From the IMG/VR virus record IMGVR_UViG_3300021478_000027: a stretch of 64,000 nucleotides of DNA; one strand, given 5' to 3'. Positions 59,601 to 64,000 of the stretch are shown piece by piece (the first letter of the stretch is position 1; each line of letters opens with the position of its first letter). The notes below the pieces were generated by a model. That model was not told where the DNA came from and did not search any database. It saw only the letters and a list, made by a program, of their open reading frames with translations. The translations under genes and the position numbers were made by a program. The DNA is from an uncultured virus (IMG/VR IMGVR_UViG_3300021478_000027). Lineage: Duplodnaviria > Heunggongvirae > Uroviricota > Caudoviricetes.

Positions 59601-60136
59601 CACAGCATATCGCCGCGCAGGCCACATTTGCCGGGGCAGGATCGTTCACTGCCAATGCAACCACGCAGGGCGTCACCACATGGACAGGCGCAGCGGCGTT
59701 CGCCGGATCAGGCACATTCATTGCCTCAGCGACGGTCCTATCTGCCGCACTCCCCGTGCCAAACGGGCGGTGGCGGCCCGTCTTCGATACCAGCTACGTC
59801 CACACCGTCATCGCCGGTCCACCGCCACAATTCCTTACACCCTCATTGCGCGAGACCGGCTTCACGCTATACTTTATCTCGCCGGCGGCGGGCGATCTTC
59901 CCGCCGGCGCCGTGCTCATTCTGACGCGACCGGACGGATCGACAATAAGAGTGCCGGCGGCACGTTTTTATACCGGCATCAACGATCCGACATTCAGCAT
60001 TTACCTCACCCAAGGCACCTATGCCGCCTACGTGACTAGCACCGACCTCAATCAGCAGGGTACGTGGAGCATCGAAATCAAGGACGCAGCCAACAACAAC
60101 ATCAGCGGCATCGGATTTTTCAGCGTCGCCGCGTAA
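56672..60136 (+). CDS. Large Ser/Thr-rich fibre-like protein with 14 ~20-aa repeats
   Basis: 1154 aa; repeats AQATFAGAGSFTANA at about 58870-59740; C-terminal LTRPDGS...DLNQQGTW domain. Confidence 0.65.
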   Translation: MTISRVGAATGTTTCTVPTHSIGDLILIGAFRQTTATSPSLPAGYTSIANGTATSCAYRCGYKIATATNDSSGTWTNATAITCVVYTSDQIAAGGAINIGGHLGSSAATNPVSYGGITLNYTDGASWVFAFSGNRSPTNSVQTHPPTGMTLIASSDLVNTVEVCAFDTNAGVSSWSTQTTTLSTATGWGTTVVEIFETNYASAIINSVQHRSTSYNNVAAVNEPLENFAVALPDATQSGQGLVCAVAYPSGATPSITDDQGNTWPASGAAGTVTADAGGGAMAIQIFRLASAAANTRIVTVGFGGSPQQPVKVWLEKLYNITGTVNGSKTGTSLNTLGTVSPGSFTPTNNNANGGNLILAYMVAQGTSNSTNPTDIAPARGYFLQDADIGWVSGNGIPSASQAFLQTTAAATTPMFTLQGSGTDTYIVAAIALSVGTQGSDDSRTNGHIDRIIEYATNTAGSPWKNKTPMSGTTGLIIGFVAGTPTNNTVTSDNGTNTWTTIEGAAGSPYFNYFQGLTASSSREVSQTFTGSGNGQFVFYDLSNLDTGTAPVTAGVGSTAANNVASIANQPSITPSSANGVAFGNLQNGLGPTNGITSPSGALFDCPLYQTGQFTFTQSGTTANVSAVAWGQVYGDGITGVTGSGVANGQSNQSATSSSTGNRTFNISQTLGTTTGHTTSTDSSSVNWGEGLAHVFTTSTAALNFTWNIASQPASSVSSTAIWFKAAASTTNWQGAANFTGAGAFTANAQLIEASQATFAGAGLFTANATAQFAAQATFGGAGSFTATATMQFAAQATFAGAGSFTATGLPVDFGFANFAGAGSFTANAGPAVLAAAANFGGAGLFTANAQLIEAAQATFAGAGSFTANATALFAAQATFAGTGAFTANATTQIAGQQGAANFNGAGLFTANASQPQRSAAANFAGAGLFTANATVQMAAQATFAGTGGFTATAALRMQATASFAGAGAFTANGNVPQHIAAQATFAGAGSFTANATTQGVTTWTGAAAFAGSGTFIASATVLSAALPVPNGRWRPVFDTSYVHTVIAGPPPQFLTPSLRETGFTLYFISPAAGDLPAGAVLILTRPDGSTIRVPAARFYTGINDPTFSIYLTQGTYAAYVTSTDLNQQGTWSIEIKDAANNNISGIGFFSVAA

Positions 60137-60147
60137 GGAGAAACAAC

Positions 60148-60366
60148 ATGCCCAGCATCTTCGATGACCTTAATGCTGTTACCCGAAAAGTTTGTGCCCC
60201 AACGCTTGCCCGCCAAATTTTAACGAAATCGATTTTGATTAAAAACTTGGAGCGTGAGCATCCCCCGATTCCGCCAACATGGCGACAAAAATTCCATTGG
60301 TGGTTCCGTGAGAAAAGAATACGCCTTGGTGAAATTATCGCGGGACAACCATTTAACGAGGATTAG
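60148..60366 (+). CDS. 72-aa protein with a capsid-N-terminus-like segment
   Basis: RBS AAGGAG; MPSIFDDLNAVTRKVCAPTLARQI. Confidence 0.55.
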   Translation: MPSIFDDLNAVTRKVCAPTLARQILTKSILIKNLEREHPPIPPTWRQKFHWWFREKRIRLGEIIAGQPFNED

Positions 60367-60368
60367 AC

Positions 60369-61097
60369 ATGCACGATTATGTTTCGCCGAATTTCACAAC
60401 GATCCTGGACCCGAGCAAGGCGTTTCCGTATCGACTCAACGGATACCAACGCACGACTTATATCGGCGAGATCGAACGGGCCGACCCGCACAACTGGGAA
60501 TACGACGAGCGCTGGCCCCCAACGGGCTTCGTCAACAAGGACGAGGCCCATATCCTCTATCACCTGGCGCGGCAGTTTCGCGGCAAAGCTGCGCTGGAGA
60601 CGGGTTGCCACGTTGGGTTTTCCGCCTGGCATCTCCTAAAAGCCGGGGTCAATCTTTCGATCTGCGATCCTATTTTGTTTGTCCCGGAAATGCGGAAGGC
60701 CGTTGTCGAGGCGCTATCTGAGTTCGAAGGACAGTATCAGATGACCGGGTTCCCTAGCCCGCAAGCGGCGCTCGAACTCGGCGAGAATCATGGTCCATGG
60801 TCATTCGTCTTTATCGATGCAGTGCACCACACCCCACACCCAATCATAGATGCCGCTGCTGCCGCCACGCACTGCGCGGCTGATGCGATGATCGTCTTTC
60901 ACGACGCCATCATCCCCGCCGTGTTCGAGGGTGCAGGGTTTCTAAAGATTTGCGGCTGGCAGCTTAAGATCTACGACACATCGCAGATGCTGGCGGTCTG
61001 CTACCGCGGCAATGTCGAACTGGTCGATCACATTCCTGACGAGGCGATCCGCGCGCTGCCGATCCCGAATTATTTGGAACCGTACATTCCGCGCTAA
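60369..61097 (+). CDS. Class I SAM-dependent methyltransferase (Methyltransf_24-like)
   Basis: ALETGCHVGFSA; FVFIDAVH; IVFHD. Confidence 0.82.
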   Translation: MHDYVSPNFTTILDPSKAFPYRLNGYQRTTYIGEIERADPHNWEYDERWPPTGFVNKDEAHILYHLARQFRGKAALETGCHVGFSAWHLLKAGVNLSICDPILFVPEMRKAVVEALSEFEGQYQMTGFPSPQAALELGENHGPWSFVFIDAVHHTPHPIIDAAAAATHCAADAMIVFHDAIIPAVFEGAGFLKICGWQLKIYDTSQMLAVCYRGNVELVDHIPDEAIRALPIPNYLEPYIPR

Positions 61098-61103
61098 ATG
61101 AAT

Positions 61104-62438
61104 TTATTTGGTGAGATTCGTTACCTGCCCGCTTGTCAACGCGACCGTTGGCCAAAGAGAGACACGCTGGATCGTACCGTTCCACTGAAGAGTTCCATCA
61201 CCGCGCGACCCGATATTGACAGCGGTCATTCCTGACGCTCCCGTCAAAGCAACCGCGCCCTTTACGATTGTGCTCTGCGCCAAAACAGGTGCGACATTGA
61301 GCGTCCCGTTGAAAGCAAAATTCCCGACCGTGCCGCCTGTTCCGGCCGGTGTGTTTCCCGCGTTACCGGTGGACGCGATGCGATACAAACCAGAAGTGTT
61401 TGTGTTAGTCCCGTCGCTTACCCAGTAAAGCGCCTGATTGCTGGCAAAGGTGGCGGGCGCTGCCGGCGTGCCACTCGCGAAGTCCGTATAGGCGCTACCG
61501 ATAGAGGGCACCGTCGTCACCGCCACAACATCCGCCGCTCGCGTCACAGTCGCATTCGTCGTTTTAATCGGTGTCGTCGCAAAAGCGCCCAATTCAAGTT
61601 GCGGCCAGCCGATACGCAGCGTCACGTTGACGGGTTGGCCGGTGGTCGTGACGAACGCTAGCAGAAAGTTCACGGCGCCCGCCGTGGCGTCTGGAAGCGT
61701 ATACGCCTCGAAACACCGTTGCGACGTTAACGACGCAACTGTAGGGACAGAGCAAGTGCCAGCGCCTTGGCTTAAAAAGCCCAAACCTGCTGTAAGCGAT
61801 TGAATGACGGCCACAGTACTCGAAATATTTGTCAGATTACCGCCGACAAGTTTAATAAAAACCGATCCGGTCCAGACTTGATTTTGAGAAGCCGGCGATG
61901 CTGCCGCGTCGAACGACAAAACCCAGCTTCCGCTCGCATCGGGAGTTCCGACAACCTGAAGATCGATATAATTGATACCACTCTCGGTTCCGGTTCCGAT
62001 AACGTTTGTCGTAAGAGAATCCGCGACAGCAATAGTCCAGTTTGTCGGCAGCGTCCCCGGTGTGCCAGCAACGGCCCCGACCATCGTGTTGTTGCGGGTC
62101 GAATTGGTCCGCGCTTCTTCGACTGTCAGACCGACATTGGTAATTCGCGCGATATTGTTGGCGAACGAGGACCAATTACCGCTCGCATCGACGGCAGTAC
62201 CGACCGACGCGCGTGTTACCGTCAAACAGGTCGCAGCGCTGACGCAGGCGGGAGTGCCATTCTGATAGTATGACCCCGCAGAAAATATGTAATCCAGGCC
62301 AGGGCTGGTCGCGCCGCCCCGTGGATAAACCATAGCAACATCGGGGACGCCCGCCCCTAATCCCATGCTCTGCGCATAAGCTGCTGCTGGGGCTAGCAGC
62401 GCCAGCGCGATTACCAGCAGGCGGTCACGGCAGCGCAT
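61104..62438 (-). CDS. Head spike fibre-like protein
   Basis: TRAS.GT..DASG.....NNIAR...GLTVEEARTN; QLELGAFATTPIKT...VTRAAD; signal-peptide-like N-terminus. Confidence 0.65.
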   Translation of the reverse strand: MRCRDRLLVIALALLAPAAAYAQSMGLGAGVPDVAMVYPRGGATSPGLDYIFSAGSYYQNGTPACVSAATCLTVTRASVGTAVDASGNWSSFANNIARITNVGLTVEEARTNSTRNNTMVGAVAGTPGTLPTNWTIAVADSLTTNVIGTGTESGINYIDLQVVGTPDASGSWVLSFDAAASPASQNQVWTGSVFIKLVGGNLTNISSTVAVIQSLTAGLGFLSQGAGTCSVPTVASLTSQRCFEAYTLPDATAGAVNFLLAFVTTTGQPVNVTLRIGWPQLELGAFATTPIKTTNATVTRAADVVAVTTVPSIGSAYTDFASGTPAAPATFASNQALYWVSDGTNTNTSGLYRIASTGNAGNTPAGTGGTVGNFAFNGTLNVAPVLAQSTIVKGAVALTGASGMTAVNIGSRGDGTLQWNGTIQRVSLWPTVALTSGQVTNLTK

Positions 62439-62725
62439 GTCGTGTTCGTCGACATCAGTTTGGTTACAGCAAACGGCAAAATTTGCCCAGTCTGAACGTT
62501 AGCAATTGTCACGGCGGCTGTGTCCTGCGCACCGATGATCGCGATGTTGCAAGCCGACGCATCACCAATCTGCAATCCCCGCGTTGGTGTAAACGTGGCG
62601 GTATCGCTCTTGGTCAGCGCGCGAAACTGACTGCACTGATTAAGTGTCAGGCTGCCTTGAGCCGGCGTTTGCGCCAATGCAGCGGTTGGCAGCAGCAATA
62701 GTGTGATCAGTGCGATCGTTCGCAT
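62411..62725 (-). CDS. Head spike base protein (RcGTA Rcc01079-like)
   Basis: ALTKSD...TRGLQIG...VTIANVQTGQILPFAVTKLMSTNTT; signal-peptide-like N-terminus. Confidence 0.65.
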   Translation of the reverse strand: MRTIALITLLLLPTAALAQTPAQGSLTLNQCSQFRALTKSDTATFTPTRGLQIGDASACNIAIIGAQDTAAVTIANVQTGQILPFAVTKLMSTNTTCAAVTACW

Positions 62726-62736
62726 TGTCTCTCCCC

Positions 62737-64000
62737 TTAATGGCGTCCCCCACGCCCGTGCGTCAGAATCTCCGGGTGCTCCCGAATCATCTCGGCCTTC
62801 GCCTTCTCTCTCTCCTTCAGGCGTTCAAGTTTAATGTCCTTGTGCTCGAACGGCAGATCTTCGATCCCGTCTTCGGGCCCGAGGATGCCGGCCTTAATGC
62901 CGTAAGCGATCAGGTTCGTGTGGTCATCGTGGAAGATCGGCGAACTGCTGTGGCTATCCACGCTAACCCGGCGATCGTCGGGCAACTGATCCAATGTGAA
63001 GACGCTGTTCTCGTCTTCGGGATGTGTCCACGTCGCAGTGGCGTCTTTGGCCTGAAAAAGAGTTAGCGTCGCATCGGCGGCAGCGGCGCATTGGCGCTCG
63101 ACCAGCAACGAGCGATCCCGCAAGCGCGGGCTGGCGTTGCGTTGCAGCGTATCGGCATGAACGCCCGCCCGCACACCGGCTTCGCCTTGGCCGGAGAGAA
63201 TATTCGAAAAACCCGAGGCCCGGTCCATCAAGTTCAAAATTTCTTGGATAATCGGCAGCATCTGCTCGGGCATATGCGGGGTCAGGTCTTTAATCGTACT
63301 GCCTTGCGCGACCGAAACGGTTCCGGGAACGCGTGTCATCTGCGCGTAGATTTCATCGGTAATCGCATCGACGCCTTCAAAGCCGAGAACCTTATCGATC
63401 TGGAGCGCCATCAGCCGCTTCGTGTCGTCCAGATGCTCCGTCAGCCAGTTTTGCAGCATCATCAGATCGACCAACTCCGAGCGCCCCCAGAAGTAATTGG
63501 CGACAAAGTTGGGTTGCACGAGCTGATAGGGGCCCGTGTCCTTGCAGAAAAGGTTGCAGTGCTTAAAGCGAGGAGCGATCAGGATATCCGGCTCAATAAG
63601 CTGGATCGTCGTGTAGTCCTCCCCGCCATCGCGCATGTCGTCGCGGACCCAGAGTTCGTGCATCGGAAAGAGTTCGACGGCGATCGTCGGCCCCAGCGTG
63701 GCCATGTTGGGATCATTGGACAACTGGACGATGCCGCCGGGTTGCGGCTGCGTCATGTTTTGCAGACTGGTATTCAGAACGGCGGTGGACAAAACCTGAT
63801 GCATAAAGCTGGTGGGCTGACTGCTCGCATTGTCCTTGTTGGATGACCCGAGGATACGTTTGTAAAGTTTTTCGGGTTCGGGGAGATTGCGGATACGGCG
63901 CCAGACCTGGTGCTTGTTCAGCCAGATCGTCTCGACAAAGGCTTCCTGGTCGTGCAAATCGTTGACCGATTCATCGAGCACGCCAAACTGATGCGGCAAG
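62737..64000 (-). CDS. Portal protein, 3' part
   Basis: In frame with 1..891; YFWGRSEL, ILSGQGEAGVRAG. Confidence 0.75.
   Translation of the reverse strand, partial: LPHQFGVLDESVNDLHDQEAFVETIWLNKHQVWRRIRNLPEPEKLYKRILGSSNKDNASSQPTSFMHQVLSTAVLNTSLQNMTQPQPGGIVQLSNDPNMATLGPTIAVELFPMHELWVRDDMRDGGEDYTTIQLIEPDILIAPRFKHCNLFCKDTGPYQLVQPNFVANYFWGRSELVDLMMLQNWLTEHLDDTKRLMALQIDKVLGFEGVDAITDEIYAQMTRVPGTVSVAQGSTIKDLTPHMPEQMLPIIQEILNLMDRASGFSNILSGQGEAGVRAGVHADTLQRNASPRLRDRSLLVERQCAAAADATLTLFQAKDATATWTHPEDENSVFTLDQLPDDRRVSVDSHSSSPIFHDDHTNLIAYGIKAGILGPEDGIEDLPFEHKDIKLERLKEREKAKAEMIREHPEILTHGRGGRH
63540..64000. repeat. Imperfect terminal direct repeat (copy 2)
   Basis: About 94% identical to 1-460. Confidence 0.95.

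Noticed and set aside
58870..59740. Diversity-generating retroelement template/variable repeats
   Set aside because: There is no reverse transcriptase. These are in-frame protein repeats without adenine-specific differences. The same applies to the 23697/23876 and terminal repeats.

Overview
The window is an essentially complete (~63.5 kb, circularly permuted) tailed dsDNA phage genome with podovirus-type architecture. It carries a large terminase, a T7/P22-like portal split across the two ends, scaffold and major capsid genes, three paralogous adaptor-like genes, a nozzle, ejection proteins, a tail spike and RcGTA-like head-spike proteins. It also has a lysis module, a primase-helicase, a Cas4-like exonuclease and a DNA methyltransferase. 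I found no integrase, DNA polymerase or RNA polymerase. An alphaproteobacterial host is likely, but that is an inference. The standout feature is at 9931-11394 (- strand): a stand-alone Cas7/RAMP-like gene and a partner gene interleaved with three non-coding arrays of 17, 20 and 21 pentamers of form GGY-NN. There is no CRISPR array or cas1/cas2. This looks like an RNA-guided system in which only the variable dinucleotides carry information; it matches my unverified recollection of recently reported phage VIPR systems. Read as NN-skip-one, array B aligns in codon phase, partially, with this phage's own ejection-protein gene, which suggests targeting of related competitor phages. Other points of interest: two glycosyltransferase/methyltransferase clusters (one in an opposite-strand cassette), virion proteins with signal-peptide-like N-termini, a mini-protein resembling the capsid N-terminus, repeated hairpin+RBS elements in the early region, candidate sRNAs, a frameshifted endolysin and non-identical terminal overlaps. 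All assignments come from reading motifs by eye; no searches were run.
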